From the NCBI GenBank assembly GCA_963840455.1, contig CAWIYV010000004.1, forward strand, positions 42,770-74,769: DNA of 32,000 nucleotides. The letters are read 5' to 3'. Below are positions 1 through 9,476 of this stretch, one piece after another (within the stretch, counting starts at the first letter, position 1; each line of letters starts with the position of its first letter). Under the pieces are notes generated by a model. That model made no database searches. It was given only the letters and a program-made list of their open reading frames with translations, and was not told the origin of the DNA. Source of the DNA: Nitrospirota bacterium (GTDB lineage: Bacteria; Nitrospirota; UBA9217). A program made the translations under genes and the position numbers.

Positions 1-1056
1 GCGGATCTCTTCGGCGTGTACGGCATATCCTTCCTGATCGTGCTCGCGAACATTGGCATCGCCGAGGTGCTCGCGGACCGGAAGAGATATCGTCCGCTGT
101 TGGCCGCGGCGATCATGACGGCAGTTGTTGTCGGCTATGGATACTATCGTCTGAACGCGCCAGAAAGCGCAGGAAGCATCAGGATAGCGGTTGTCCAGGG
201 GAACATCGAGCAGGACAAGAAGTGGGACCCGTCCTATCAGGGCGAGGTCATCGCGACCTATAAACGCCTTACGCTCAAAGCACTGGAGCAAAAACCAGAC
301 CTCGTGATTTGGCCCGAAACCGCCACACCCTTCTACTTCGGCGGAGGCGGCGACAACGTAAAATGGACCGACGACCTCAGACAGTTCGTCAGGACAATGA
401 ACACCCCCCTGCTCTTCGGCAGCGCGACCTATGAGGTCAAGCCCGGCAGGGTCATCGATCTGTGGAATTCGGCGTTCCTGCTGGACCGTGACGGAGTAAC
501 CAGCGCCGTGTATCAGAAGATGCATCTGGTCCCCTACGGCGAATATATCCCCATGAAGAAGATCCTGTTCTTCGTGGAAAAACTGGTGCAGGCCATCGGC
601 GACTTCCAGACCGGTAGGGAGTACACGGTCATGAAGGTCCGGCCGCCGGCGGGAAATGATGTTGGCCTCAGCACGGTCATCTGCTACGAGATCATCTTCC
701 CCGACCTCGTCAGAAGGTTCGTGAACAACGGGGCAACGGTCATGACCACCATCACGAACGACGCCTGGTTCGGCAAGACCGGAGCGCCGTACCAGCATTT
801 CTCCATGGCAGTGCTGCGGGCGGTGGAGAACCATGTCCCGATCGCCCGCGCGGCGAACACCGGTATATCCGGTTTCATTGACGCAAAAGGCCGCATCCTC
901 GAGACCACAAGCATCTTCACCGAAGCGTATCTTACCCGCTCGCTTTCTCCTTCCACGCAGAAGACCATCTATACCCGCTATGGCGATATCTTTTCCTGGC
1001 TTTGTGTCATCGGATGTTTCCTGGCTGTCCTTCCCCTGCCGCGACCCAAACGATAG
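1..1056 (+). CDS. lnt: Apolipoprotein N-acyltransferase, C-terminal part (5' end truncated by window edge)
   Basis: Reading frame is open from base 1; nitrilase-fold signatures IRIAVVQGNIEQDKKW, LVIWPETATPFY, STVICYEIIFPDLVR, TNDAWFGKTGAPYQH. Confidence 0.95.
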   Translation, partial: ADLFGVYGISFLIVLANIGIAEVLADRKRYRPLLAAAIMTAVVVGYGYYRLNAPESAGSIRIAVVQGNIEQDKKWDPSYQGEVIATYKRLTLKALEQKPDLVIWPETATPFYFGGGGDNVKWTDDLRQFVRTMNTPLLFGSATYEVKPGRVIDLWNSAFLLDRDGVTSAVYQKMHLVPYGEYIPMKKILFFVEKLVQAIGDFQTGREYTVMKVRPPAGNDVGLSTVICYEIIFPDLVRRFVNNGATVMTTITNDAWFGKTGAPYQHFSMAVLRAVENHVPIARAANTGISGFIDAKGRILETTSIFTEAYLTRSLSPSTQKTIYTRYGDIFSWLCVIGCFLAVLPLPRPKR

Positions 1057-1090
1057 CGCCGGGCCGCCCGGGCAAGCGATCAATAAAAAA

Positions 1091-1116
1091 GCCGCCGGAC
1101 CTCATGGTCCGGCGGC
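1091..1116 (-). terminator. Rho-independent terminator of the minus-strand outer-membrane protein gene
   Basis: Perfect 11-bp stem GCCGCCGGACC / GGTCCGGCGGC with TCAT loop; followed on the minus strand by TTTTTTATTG. Lies between the convergent ends of lnt and the OMP gene. Confidence 0.85.
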
Positions 1117-1149
1117 AGATGCTTCACTTCTCTCGCTGCCCGCTCGCTC

Positions 1150-2145
1150 TCAGAACCGGAAGGCCGCGTACAGCCCGATACCGGTGTTCGTCGTCTTGAG
1201 CGTTTGCTCGCCGACGGGGTCAATGAACTTCTCCTCGCTGGATTCGGCATAGATCGGCACCTCCATGCCGAAACGTTCGCTGAACCAGTACCGGCCGGCA
1301 AGCGTCGTCCGCGCCGTCGTTATCTTGTGCTCGTTTCCAGCTGCCATCCCGGTTTCTTTTTCCTCTTCGGCCTCGAGCGCGAGCCAAAGCGTGAGCTGCT
1401 TTCCGATGTAGCCCGCGATCTCGAAGTTCACTGCCGCGATGTCGTACTTGGTCGTGCCCATGAATTCGACCTCACTTTTGCCGCCGCCGAATTCGAGCAC
1501 AAGGCCGACCACGTCAGCGATCACTCCCCGGCCCCCGAAATAGACCACACCGATGTCGCGCGTCGCATCCGGCAAGCCGCTTTGCGTGTTCTCCGTCGAT
1601 TCGCCATGGTACCGGAGATGGAGTTCCATGCTCGGGACAATGTACTGCCGGATACCCAGATCAAGCATGCTGTGTGCGATATCGATCTCCGGTTGAGAGA
1701 CCCCGTTCACGGTCTGATCGATTGTTCCGCCACCAAATCCGATGTTCAGGAACAGGCCGGTGTTCGTGGGAAAGAAATATTCGCCTCCGAACTGGAGAAC
1801 GGCTGCGCTTGCCTTGCTGTCGGTTTCGAATCCAGGGAACGTATTGTCCTTGTCCTTCGCCCCGATGAACACCAGGCCGGCTGATAGGGTGGACGGATGC
1901 TGGTAGAACTGCCGGAGATCGATGGGCTTGTCATCGTCCTTCAGGGGTGTGAAGAAGTGAGTGTACTGCACTGTGAACAGCGAGTTCTTCGTGTCGATCT
2001 TGCTCTTCGGGTCCGTGATGACGTTTGACTCCACTTTGCTCGTCGAGTCGCCCTCCAGGCCCACGACCACTTCATTCGACACGTCTGCAAAGGCCGGAAC
2101 AGCAGCAAGACAGAAAAGCACTGCAATGACAATCAATTTCCTCAT
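1150..2145 (-). CDS. Putative outer-membrane beta-barrel protein
   Basis: Signal peptide MRKLIVIAVLFCLAAVPAFA, alternating hydrophobic/polar strands, C-terminal ...GLYAAFRF ending in Phe. Confidence 0.7.
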   Translation of the reverse strand: MRKLIVIAVLFCLAAVPAFADVSNEVVVGLEGDSTSKVESNVITDPKSKIDTKNSLFTVQYTHFFTPLKDDDKPIDLRQFYQHPSTLSAGLVFIGAKDKDNTFPGFETDSKASAAVLQFGGEYFFPTNTGLFLNIGFGGGTIDQTVNGVSQPEIDIAHSMLDLGIRQYIVPSMELHLRYHGESTENTQSGLPDATRDIGVVYFGGRGVIADVVGLVLEFGGGKSEVEFMGTTKYDIAAVNFEIAGYIGKQLTLWLALEAEEEKETGMAAGNEHKITTARTTLAGRYWFSERFGMEVPIYAESSEEKFIDPVGEQTLKTTNTGIGLYAAFRF

Positions 2146-2263
2146 GCGTCATACCTCCTCAGGGCTAGGCTTAAATGCAGGATGCATTGCGATGAAGATA
2201 GCAGAGGGGTCCGGGGACGTCAAGGTACTATTCACCATGGGAAACCGGCGCAGCACGAACTGG

Positions 2264-3016
2264 TCAGAGCGTGCAGACCGACCGCAGGAATGCCGCTGAC
2301 TTAAGCCGCTTGCCGAGGATATGGAGAGTGTGGGAGGTGAACGCCTGGTCAAGTTCCCGCATGATGTCCACGGAGGGTTTGAGACGGGTGACCTTGTCGA
2401 GGTCCATTCGGAGGGCATGATAATAGAAACCGATGGCGCCGGGGGAAAGCCGTATCTGGTCCTCGCCGGACGAGATGAGGCAGTCAGGGCAGAGCACGCC
2501 GCCCTTGAGGCCATAGAAGACCATGGGGCGCTCGGCGCCGCAGCCGCAGGAAAGGCACTTATCGAGTTTGGGCTGGAAGCCGAGGAGCGACAGGAACCGG
2601 ATCTCGAAGATCCGGAGCAGGAACAGCGGATCGACCCCTTCATTCAACAGGTGAAGGACATGGGCGAGCAGAAGGAATGCCTGCGGGTTCCGCTCTCCTT
2701 CCGGGGCGACCTCACGCACCAGTTCAACGATGACGGAGCCAACGGCCATGCGGTCGAGGTCTCCGGCGATATCGAAATGCTGGCTGATGATATCGCTGGA
2801 TTCTATCCGGATCAGCTCCTGGTGCTCTTTCTCATACAGGTGCAGGCGCGCGTGGGTGAACAGTTCAAGCCCCGCGCCAAAGCGACGAAAAGACTTCCGG
2901 GCATTCTTGGCAACGCCGCGGAGCCTGCCCCGGTCCAGGGAAAAGAAGGTGACGAGCTTGTCCGCCTCCCCCAGGTTCATGCTGCCAATGATGACGGCTT
3001 CGGTCTTGGACTTCAT
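2264..3016 (-). CDS. recO: DNA repair protein RecO
   Basis: N-terminal KTEAVIIGSMNLGEADKLVTFFSLDRGRLRGVAKNARKS and zinc-type cysteines CLSCGCG...CPDC. Confidence 0.93.
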   Translation of the reverse strand: MKSKTEAVIIGSMNLGEADKLVTFFSLDRGRLRGVAKNARKSFRRFGAGLELFTHARLHLYEKEHQELIRIESSDIISQHFDIAGDLDRMAVGSVIVELVREVAPEGERNPQAFLLLAHVLHLLNEGVDPLFLLRIFEIRFLSLLGFQPKLDKCLSCGCGAERPMVFYGLKGGVLCPDCLISSGEDQIRLSPGAIGFYYHALRMDLDKVTRLKPSVDIMRELDQAFTSHTLHILGKRLKSAAFLRSVCTL

Positions 3017-3035
3017 GATCGGAGCAAAATAGAGG

Positions 3036-3773
3036 TTACTGCATCCTGCGGATCCGCACCTCGACCCCCTTCTGGTCCCTCATGAGCGCAGTGAGCTTCG
3101 CGATGTCGGTCTCGCCAGTATGATAGGGATAAAGCACCCTGGGCTTGAACATCTTCGCGGCGTCCGCGACCATTTCCGGCGTCATGGTGTAGGGCAGGTT
3201 CATCGGCAGGAAAGCGATTTCGATGTTCTTGAGGGACTTCATTTCCGGGACATTCTCTGTGTCGCCCGCCACATAGACCCGCTTGTCAGCGAGGGTGATG
3301 ATGTAGCCGTTCCCAACACCCTTGGGATGATAGGGCTGCCCGTTCTCGCGCTTGCTTACCATATTATATGCCGGGACCGCTTCGACCGTCATTCCCTTGA
3401 TCGCTTTCACGTCGCCGTTCTTCATGACCACGCCGCCGCTCACCTGTCCTGCGCCGGCTTCGGTCAGGACGATCGTCGTCTTCTCTGTTCGGACCTTCTC
3501 GATCGCAGCAGGATCAAGATGGTCCCGATGCTCGTGGGTGATCAGAATGACGTCTGCTTTGGGCAGTTTGGCGTAGTCCGTAAGCTTGCTGTAGGGATCA
3601 ACATAGATCGTTGCTCCGCCAAGCGTGAACAGCAGCGATCCATGTCCGATGAAGGTGATCACAAGATCACCGGCCGAGGTCTTGATAGTGTCCGGAGGGG
3701 ACTGTTCCTGCGCCGCGGCCGCAGACGCAAGGACCAGGCTAAACAGCATCAAGGACAGGGAAGAGCGGAACAT
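3036..3773 (-). CDS. MBL-fold metal-dependent hydrolase (UPF0173-like), with signal peptide
   Basis: ITHEHRDHLDPAAIEKV motif, DTE and YPYHTG motifs; N-terminal signal sequence. Confidence 0.85.
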   Translation of the reverse strand: MFRSSLSLMLFSLVLASAAAAQEQSPPDTIKTSAGDLVITFIGHGSLLFTLGGATIYVDPYSKLTDYAKLPKADVILITHEHRDHLDPAAIEKVRTEKTTIVLTEAGAGQVSGGVVMKNGDVKAIKGMTVEAVPAYNMVSKRENGQPYHPKGVGNGYIITLADKRVYVAGDTENVPEMKSLKNIEIAFLPMNLPYTMTPEMVADAAKMFKPRVLYPYHTGETDIAKLTALMRDQKGVEVRIRRMQ

Positions 3774-3787
3774 GGCGACCCTCCTGA

Positions 3788-4414
3788 CTATTTCTCCGGA
3801 CCTGCTGAAATTGCGCTGAGCTTTTTCTTCTTATGGTTCCGCACATAGAGCGCGATAATGACCGCACTCACGATAACAACACCGATCACTGCCTGATGGG
3901 AATACTGCATGATCAGTTCCCGGTTCGCGCCGATGAAGTAGCCGATGAAAGTAAGAATGGTGACCCAGATGCCTGCTCCCGCGAGCGTGTAGAGTGAGAA
4001 CTTGACGTGGTTCATGCCTGCCAGCCCGGCCGGGAGCGAGATAAGATGCCGCACAACAGGCAGGAGCCTGCCGATGAAGGTCGATATCTCGCCATGGTCA
4101 CGGAAATACCGCTCCACCTTGGCGAATTTCTCTTCCGTGATCCAGACGTACTTACCGTACTTGAGCAGCAGCGGCCTGCCGAGATAGTGCGCCGCATAGT
4201 AGTTCGCGTAGGCGCCCACCAGGCTTCCCAGCGTGCCGCACAGAATGGCGACGAGCGCGTTCATCTGGCCTTGCTGGGCAAGGTATCCCGCCGGCGGCAT
4301 CACCAATTCGCTCGGGATGGGGATGATGGAGCTCTCCATGGCCATGAGCAGGAAGATGCCCGGGTAGCCCAGGGCGCCGATGGTCAGGAGCAGCCAGTCG
4401 ATCAGTGCATGCAT
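3788..4414 (-). CDS. DedA family membrane protein
   Basis: MAMESSIIPIPSELVMPPAGYLA, FIGRLLPVVRHLISLPAGLAGM and GAGIWVT motifs typical of DedA/SNARE-associated proteins. Confidence 0.9.
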   Translation of the reverse strand: MHALIDWLLLTIGALGYPGIFLLMAMESSIIPIPSELVMPPAGYLAQQGQMNALVAILCGTLGSLVGAYANYYAAHYLGRPLLLKYGKYVWITEEKFAKVERYFRDHGEISTFIGRLLPVVRHLISLPAGLAGMNHVKFSLYTLAGAGIWVTILTFIGYFIGANRELIMQYSHQAVIGVVIVSAVIIALYVRNHKKKKLSAISAGPEK

Positions 4415-4458
4415 TGTTACACGCTCCCCTTGACAGATTTTTGGAAAACCGTATTTTC

Positions 4459-4543
4459 ACCGCAGAGTTCGCTGAGACCGCTGAGTTTTGACGCTTTTTA
4501 AATATCAGATCTATTTCTCTGCGTGCTCTGCGCTCTCAGCGGT
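4459..4543. repeat. Inverted-pair NNCGCNGAG element, copy A (strict)
   Basis: Left arm 4459-4485 ACCGCAGAG-TTCGCTGAG-ACCGCTGAG; right arm 4517-4543, reverse complement ACCGCTGAG-AGCGCAGAG-CACGCAGAG; 31-nt centre. Confidence 0.9.
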
Positions 4544-4622
4544 ATATCTCGTTCCATCTTAACGTCTTACGCCTTATGCTGTTTCTATTCCGTAATCTAA
4601 AATCTGCAATCCGCAATGCTGC

Positions 4623-5531
4623 CTATTCTTCTTCAATGATCCCGACGTTCCTGAGCATCCGGTTGTCGTCACGCCAGCCCTTCTTCACCTTCACCCAGAG
4701 CTGGAGGAACACCTTCACTCCCAGGAGCTTTTCCGCATCCAGCCGCGCCCGGGTGCCGATCTCCTTCAGCAGGGCGCCGTTCTTGCCGATGACGATCCCC
4801 TTCTGCGAATCGCGGTCCACGAAGATGGTGGCATCGATGCGCGTCAGGCCCGGCTCCTCCTTCACCTGGTCGATCATCACTGCCGTGGAGTACGGGATCT
4901 CCTCCTTGGTGAGCTCGAAGATCTTTTCGCGGATGATCTCGGAGACAACGAACCGCTCCGGCTGGTCCGTCAGCTGGTCGTCGGGAAAGTACTTTGGCCC
5001 CTTGGGCATCCGCTTCAGGAGGGCGTCCACAAGGCCGCCCAGGTCCTGCTTCAGGGCCGATACGGGGATGATCTCGGCAAAGGAGTAGAGCGTGCTGTAT
5101 TCCTGCATGAGCGGCAGGAGCCGCTCCTTGTTGATGAGGTCCACCTTGTTGATGATCAGCAGGACCGGGGTCCTGACCTTTGCAAGGGAGTCGATGATGA
5201 AGCGGTCACCGCCTCCCGGCTTCTCCGTGGCCTCCACGAGCAGCATGATGACGTCCACTTCGCTGTACGTGCCAAGCGCCATGTTCACCATGATCTCGTT
5301 CATCTTATGCAGCGGTTTGTGGATGCCCGGCGTGTCGATAAACACCAGCTGGGCGTCCGGCCGGCTCAGGATGCCGCGAATGCGATTCCGCGTGGTCTGG
5401 GGTTTGTCGGAAATGATGGATATTTTCTCGCCCAGGAGGCAGTTCATGAGCGTGGACTTGCCCACGTTCGGCCTTCCGATGATAGCGATGAAGCCGGATC
5501 GGAAATCCCTCTCGTTCTTCGCCTCAGTCAT
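4623..5531 (-). CDS. era: GTPase Era
   Basis: GRPNVGKSTLMNCLLGEKISIISDKPQTTRNRI, DTPGIH, NKVD, C-terminal KH-like IVIGKNGALLKEIGTRAR. ORF is open to 5711, but the canonical start is the ATG at 5531 (MTEAKNERDFRSG). Confidence 0.95.
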   Translation of the reverse strand: MTEAKNERDFRSGFIAIIGRPNVGKSTLMNCLLGEKISIISDKPQTTRNRIRGILSRPDAQLVFIDTPGIHKPLHKMNEIMVNMALGTYSEVDVIMLLVEATEKPGGGDRFIIDSLAKVRTPVLLIINKVDLINKERLLPLMQEYSTLYSFAEIIPVSALKQDLGGLVDALLKRMPKGPKYFPDDQLTDQPERFVVSEIIREKIFELTKEEIPYSTAVMIDQVKEEPGLTRIDATIFVDRDSQKGIVIGKNGALLKEIGTRARLDAEKLLGVKVFLQLWVKVKKGWRDDNRMLRNVGIIEEE

Positions 5532-6026
5532 GGCGGTAGCATACCCGAAAGAGGCATGCGACGCAAGAAAAAGCGGATCTCTTGTTGGGCAACACGGGGG
5601 GAGGTGGGAAAAGCAACTGCAACGACCTTGGTTATGGCAGTTCCAAAAGCCCCTGCAGCCCGTGAGCACTGACGATGCGTAGGCATGCGTCACAGAAGCA
5701 TGGCAAATCACCGCGTCGTTTCCAGCACGCGCGTCAGCGGAAGTGCTGAGGATAGGACAGAGCGGACAAGAAAACCGCGGACAAACTGCATGCCTGCAGC
5801 GCAGTGCGAATGGGCTGCAGAAAAAAGGAGATTTGCTTTTTTGGGCAGCCCGGGCTGCTGGAAAGGCAAAGGCTTACGTCTTTACCCAAACTCCGCAGGT
5901 CTCACCGGAGCGGACCTACACCCTGCCTTGCGATGCCGCGGGTGCAAGAGATTGAAGCTCTCTGCTCCTGGTCTTCTCCATGTCTCAATGGTCATCCTCT
6001 CTTCTGCCCGACATTTTAAATATCAT

Positions 6027-6056
6027 TTGACAATCTCCCGACGTTATCGGTATTAT
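6027..6056 (+). promoter_or_regulatory. Candidate sigma70 promoter for nadA
   Basis: TTGACA (6027-6032), 18-nt spacer, TATTAT (6051-6056). Confidence 0.55.
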
Positions 6057-6066
6057 CAACCTACCT

Positions 6067-7053
6067 ATGACCGACCAGACCGTCATCCGCGAACGGATCA
6101 TCAGGCTCAAGAAGGACCTGAACGCCATCATCCTGGCCCACAATTACCAGCGGCCCGAGGTCCAGGACATCGCGGACATCACCGGCGATTCGCTTGAGCT
6201 CTCCCGCGCCGCTGCACGGACGGACTTCAAGGTCATCGTGTTCTGCGGCGTCCATTTCATGGCCGAGAGCGCCTCCATCCTCTCGCCCGACAAGACCGTG
6301 CTGCTGCCTGAGATCACGTCGGGCTGTCCCATGGCGGACATGATCACCGTGGATGGCCCCCGCACAACAAAGCGGGATCTTTTCCGGGAGCTCTACGGCG
6401 TCACTTTTCAGTTCGCCGATGAATTCACGCTCCTGGACATCAAGCGGCAGCATCCCGGTGTTCCCGTGGTCGCCTACGTGAACACCTCGGCAGCAGTCAA
6501 GGCGGAGAGCGACATCTGCTGCACCTCGTCAAATGTGGTGAAGGTCGTCGAGTCCCTGAAGGAAGATACCGTCATCTGCGTCCCCGACCGGAACCTCTCG
6601 GCTTACGCTGCCAAGCGTACGAAGAAGAAGATCATCTCCTGGGACGGGTTCTGCAACGTCCATCAGGTCCAGCTCACTATGGACGACGTGACGCACGCCA
6701 AGTCCGAACACCCCAAAGCACTGCTCGTGGTCCATCCCGAATGCCCTCCCGGGATCCAGGACCTTGCTGACCACATCACCAGCACCTCCGGCATGCTGCG
6801 CTATTGCAAGGAGTCGCCCAACAAGGAGTTCATCATTGGAACCGAGGAAGGCCTCCTTCACCGGCTGAAGAAGGAAAGCCCGGACAAACGGTTTTATCTT
6901 CTCTCCCGCAAGATGGTCTGCCCGAACATGAAGCGCACGAAGATCGAGAGCGTCCTCACGGCCATGGAGAAGATGCAGTACGTCATCAAGGTGCCGGACG
7001 AGATCCGTGTCAGGGCAAAGCGGGCGCTGGACCGGATGCTGGAGATCACATAG
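6067..7053 (+). CDS. nadA: Quinolinate synthase
   Basis: [58 protein letters not shown]; complete protein of 328 aa. Confidence 0.96.
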   Translation: MTDQTVIRERIIRLKKDLNAIILAHNYQRPEVQDIADITGDSLELSRAAARTDFKVIVFCGVHFMAESASILSPDKTVLLPEITSGCPMADMITVDGPRTTKRDLFRELYGVTFQFADEFTLLDIKRQHPGVPVVAYVNTSAAVKAESDICCTSSNVVKVVESLKEDTVICVPDRNLSAYAAKRTKKKIISWDGFCNVHQVQLTMDDVTHAKSEHPKALLVVHPECPPGIQDLADHITSTSGMLRYCKESPNKEFIIGTEEGLLHRLKKESPDKRFYLLSRKMVCPNMKRTKIESVLTAMEKMQYVIKVPDEIRVRAKRALDRMLEIT

Positions 7054-7056
7054 TGC

Positions 7057-7148
7057 TGACGCGGAGAAACGGGGACAGGGAGACAGGGGGACAAAAGCAC
7101 GCCACTTCAATCATCCCTCTCCGCGTCACCGCGTCACCGCGTTCTCCC
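7057..7148. repeat. GACGCGG-type inverted repeat pair between nadA and rmuC
   Basis: Left TGACGCGGAGAAACGGGGACAGGGAGACAGGGGGAC (7057-7092); right arm carries 8-nt tandem CCGCGTCA CCGCGTCA CCGCGTTC (7121-7144). Confidence 0.55.
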
Positions 7149-7162
7149 GTCGAGATTTAACC

Positions 7163-8290
7163 ATGCTCACTGCCATCCTCATACTCCTCGCCGTCACTCT
7201 GCTGGTCCTGATCTGGTTCATCTTCCAGTCGCAGAAGCGTACTGCGGATCCGGCCGTCTCGCTCCTCCAGCAGGAGGTCCAGTCGCTGCGCGGCCAGCTC
7301 TCGGACGCCATGATCAAGAGTCAGGACGCGGTGAACCATCAGCTTGTCCACGTCGTGCAGCAGGTGAACTCGCAGCTCGGGCAGGTCACCTCACAGGTGA
7401 ACACGCGGCTCGGCCAGGTCACCGATCAGCTTCAGAAGTCCACGGGGGACCTCAATACGCGGCTGGACAACGCGGCAAAGGTCGTTTCCGAGGTGAGCAA
7501 GGGTCTGGGCGGGCTGTCCGAAGCAACGAAGAAGGTCTTCGAGGTGGGCAAGGACATAGCGAGCCTGCAGGAGATCCTGCGCTCGCCCAAGCTCCGGGGC
7601 GGCCTCGGCGAGCTGTTCCTGGGCGACCTGCTGGCCCAGATCCTGCCGCCCGCCCACTTCACGCTGCAGCACCGGTTCAAGAGCGGTGAGGCCGTGGACG
7701 CGGTCATCCGGCTCGGCCAGAACCTGGTGCCCGTAGACGCGAAGTTCCCGCTCGAGAACTTCCGGCGGGTCATTGAGGTTTCTTCGGAAGAGGAGCGGAA
7801 GGCGGCGAAGCGGAAGTTTCTGGCCGACGTAAAGAAACATGTTGACGCGATCAGCGGTAAGTATATCCTGCCGGACGAGGGTACGTTCGACTTCGCCCTC
7901 ATGTACATCCCGGCGGAGAACGTATACTACGAACTGATCATCAAGGACGAGGCCATGGACTCGGACAAGGGCCTGCTCAACTACTCATTCGCCAAGCGGG
8001 TCATCCCGGTCTCGCCGAACAGCTTCTATGCCTACCTTCAGACGATCCTCCTCGGCCTGAAGGGACTGCACATCGAAGAGCGGGCCCAGGAGATCCTGAC
8101 CAATCTTGCCCGTCTTTCAGGCGACTTCCGGAAGTTCCGGGAGGAATTTGATACGGTGGGAAAGCATATCACGAACACGAAGTCGCGTTACGATGACGCC
8201 GACAAACGGCTCGAAAAGTTCAGTGACAAGCTTGAGTCTCTTAGTGAAGCCTCCCCCGCCATCGAGGAGACCCGGAAGCTACCGCTCTAG
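7163..8290 (+). CDS. rmuC: DNA recombination protein RmuC family
   Basis: N-terminal TM helix plus coiled coil, then RGGLGELFLGDLLAQILPP, VDAKFPLENFRR, LPDEGTFDFALMYIPAENVYYELI. Start assigned to ATG at 7163 (MLTAILILLAVTLLVLIWF) rather than the ORF start at 7007. Confidence 0.92.
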   Translation: MLTAILILLAVTLLVLIWFIFQSQKRTADPAVSLLQQEVQSLRGQLSDAMIKSQDAVNHQLVHVVQQVNSQLGQVTSQVNTRLGQVTDQLQKSTGDLNTRLDNAAKVVSEVSKGLGGLSEATKKVFEVGKDIASLQEILRSPKLRGGLGELFLGDLLAQILPPAHFTLQHRFKSGEAVDAVIRLGQNLVPVDAKFPLENFRRVIEVSSEEERKAAKRKFLADVKKHVDAISGKYILPDEGTFDFALMYIPAENVYYELIIKDEAMDSDKGLLNYSFAKRVIPVSPNSFYAYLQTILLGLKGLHIEERAQEILTNLARLSGDFRKFREEFDTVGKHITNTKSRYDDADKRLEKFSDKLESLSEASPAIEETRKLPL

Positions 8291-8340
8291 TGGTTGGAGT
8301 TGTTCCTGCGCCTTCTGCCTTCAGACCTCAGCCTCCTGCC

Positions 8341-8673
8341 TCAATGGTCATGGCCTGACGCGCTATGCCCTCCCGAGATCACATACACGGCCTCTGAGCC
8401 GGTCCTGTTCTCCGCAATGCACATTTCCTCTCCTTTGAGATGGATGGCCTGGCCCTGCTTCAGCGTCACCGTGACCGCTCCCGTTAAGGTCAGGCCGCCT
8501 GTTATAACCATGATCATCTCCTCGTGGCCCCTGCCCGGCCTCAGCTCGCGCCCCTTTTCGCCGGCCCTGAGCACGCCGTAGATAAGATAGCACGCGTGGC
8601 TGCCGGTCTCATCAAAACCCAGGATGTACTCCCCAGACCCCGCGATCCTGCTGGCCACTTCGAACACCTTCAT
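8341..8673 (-). CDS. Small cupin-domain protein
   Basis: Single-domain 110 aa protein with RPGRGHEEMIMVITGGLTLTG...LKQGQAIHLKGEE. Confidence 0.7.
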   Translation of the reverse strand: MKVFEVASRIAGSGEYILGFDETGSHACYLIYGVLRAGEKGRELRPGRGHEEMIMVITGGLTLTGAVTVTLKQGQAIHLKGEEMCIAENRTGSEAVYVISGGHSASGHDH

Positions 8674-8860
8674 ATACGCACCTCACTGACACCTCAATGA
8701 TGTCGATCACGTCACAACGACTCTATCACAGGATATAGCATAGTGCAATACAGCGAAGGTACCGTTTGTCAGGTCCTGCCGCCCTGTGTGATGCGAGCAA
8801 GGTCCTTTTCATCTGGTTTGAGCTCTGGTACTATGACATGGCCAGAATGAGGAGGGAACA

Positions 8861-9472
8861 ATGGCAGCAACGACTGATGCCGGAGAACGGAAGGCCTGGG
8901 AGACCCTGGCAACGCTCAAGACTGCCGACGTTTGCAGGGCAGCGGCCGTGAGCTATGATGCTGCGTCGGGGCTCTATACGGTCAGGTCGTTCGGACAGGA
9001 CATCGTTGTATCGCCAAAGTACCGGACGGTGTCGGGCTTGCTTCCGGTGACCGGCTGCCTTCCCGGCGAATACGGGGAATTGTTCCCGCTGGCGGTCCTC
9101 TGGTACCTGGTGCTCGCGAAGGACATTGTCCCAACGGGGAAGCTCGTCCACCTGGAGGACCTCCGCGGCGGGGACATCTTCGCCCGGGGGTCCCATGTAC
9201 TGCCGCTGGAAAAGGTGGCCAAAAGATACGAAAATGACCGGGAAGGCTTCCTGAAGAAAGGGCTTGATCAGGGAGGTGAAACAATTCCGCTCGCAGACGC
9301 GGCGGTCCGGCTCACCCCCCTGCCGCGCGTGCCAATGACCATGACGTTCTGGCTTGCCGACGAGGAGTTCCCGGCGCGGGCGGGACTCTTTTTTGATTCC
9401 ACCTGCAGTCTGCAGCTTCCCACCGACATCCTGTGGTCCCTTGCCAGGCTCTGCTGCCTCGCCCTGTTGTAA
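8861..9472 (+). CDS. DUF3786-like conserved hypothetical protein
   Basis: AWETLATLKTADVCRAAAVSYDAASGLYTVRSFGQDIVVSP...ATLKTADV...FPLAVLWYLVLAKDIVPTGKLVHLEDLRGGDIFARGSH...FDSTCSLQLPTDILWSL. Family assignment is from memory of the DUF3786 pattern. Confidence 0.65.
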   Translation: MAATTDAGERKAWETLATLKTADVCRAAAVSYDAASGLYTVRSFGQDIVVSPKYRTVSGLLPVTGCLPGEYGELFPLAVLWYLVLAKDIVPTGKLVHLEDLRGGDIFARGSHVLPLEKVAKRYENDREGFLKKGLDQGGETIPLADAAVRLTPLPRVPMTMTFWLADEEFPARAGLFFDSTCSLQLPTDILWSLARLCCLALL

Positions 9473-9476
9473 GCTC

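Noticed and set aside
4459-4485. NNCGCNGAG arms considered as ordinary Rho-independent terminators
   Set aside because: The arms pair imperfectly (20/27) over a ~31-nt centre, lack a consistent T tract, and occur inside an operon whose downstream genes must be transcribed.
4459-4543. Short periodic repeats considered as a CRISPR-like array
   Set aside because: Units are 9 nt, tandem without spacers and arranged as one inverted pair; no cas genes.
5685-6197. 170-aa plus-strand ORF overlapping the start of nadA
   Set aside because: Wrong frame relative to nadA and no domain signatures.
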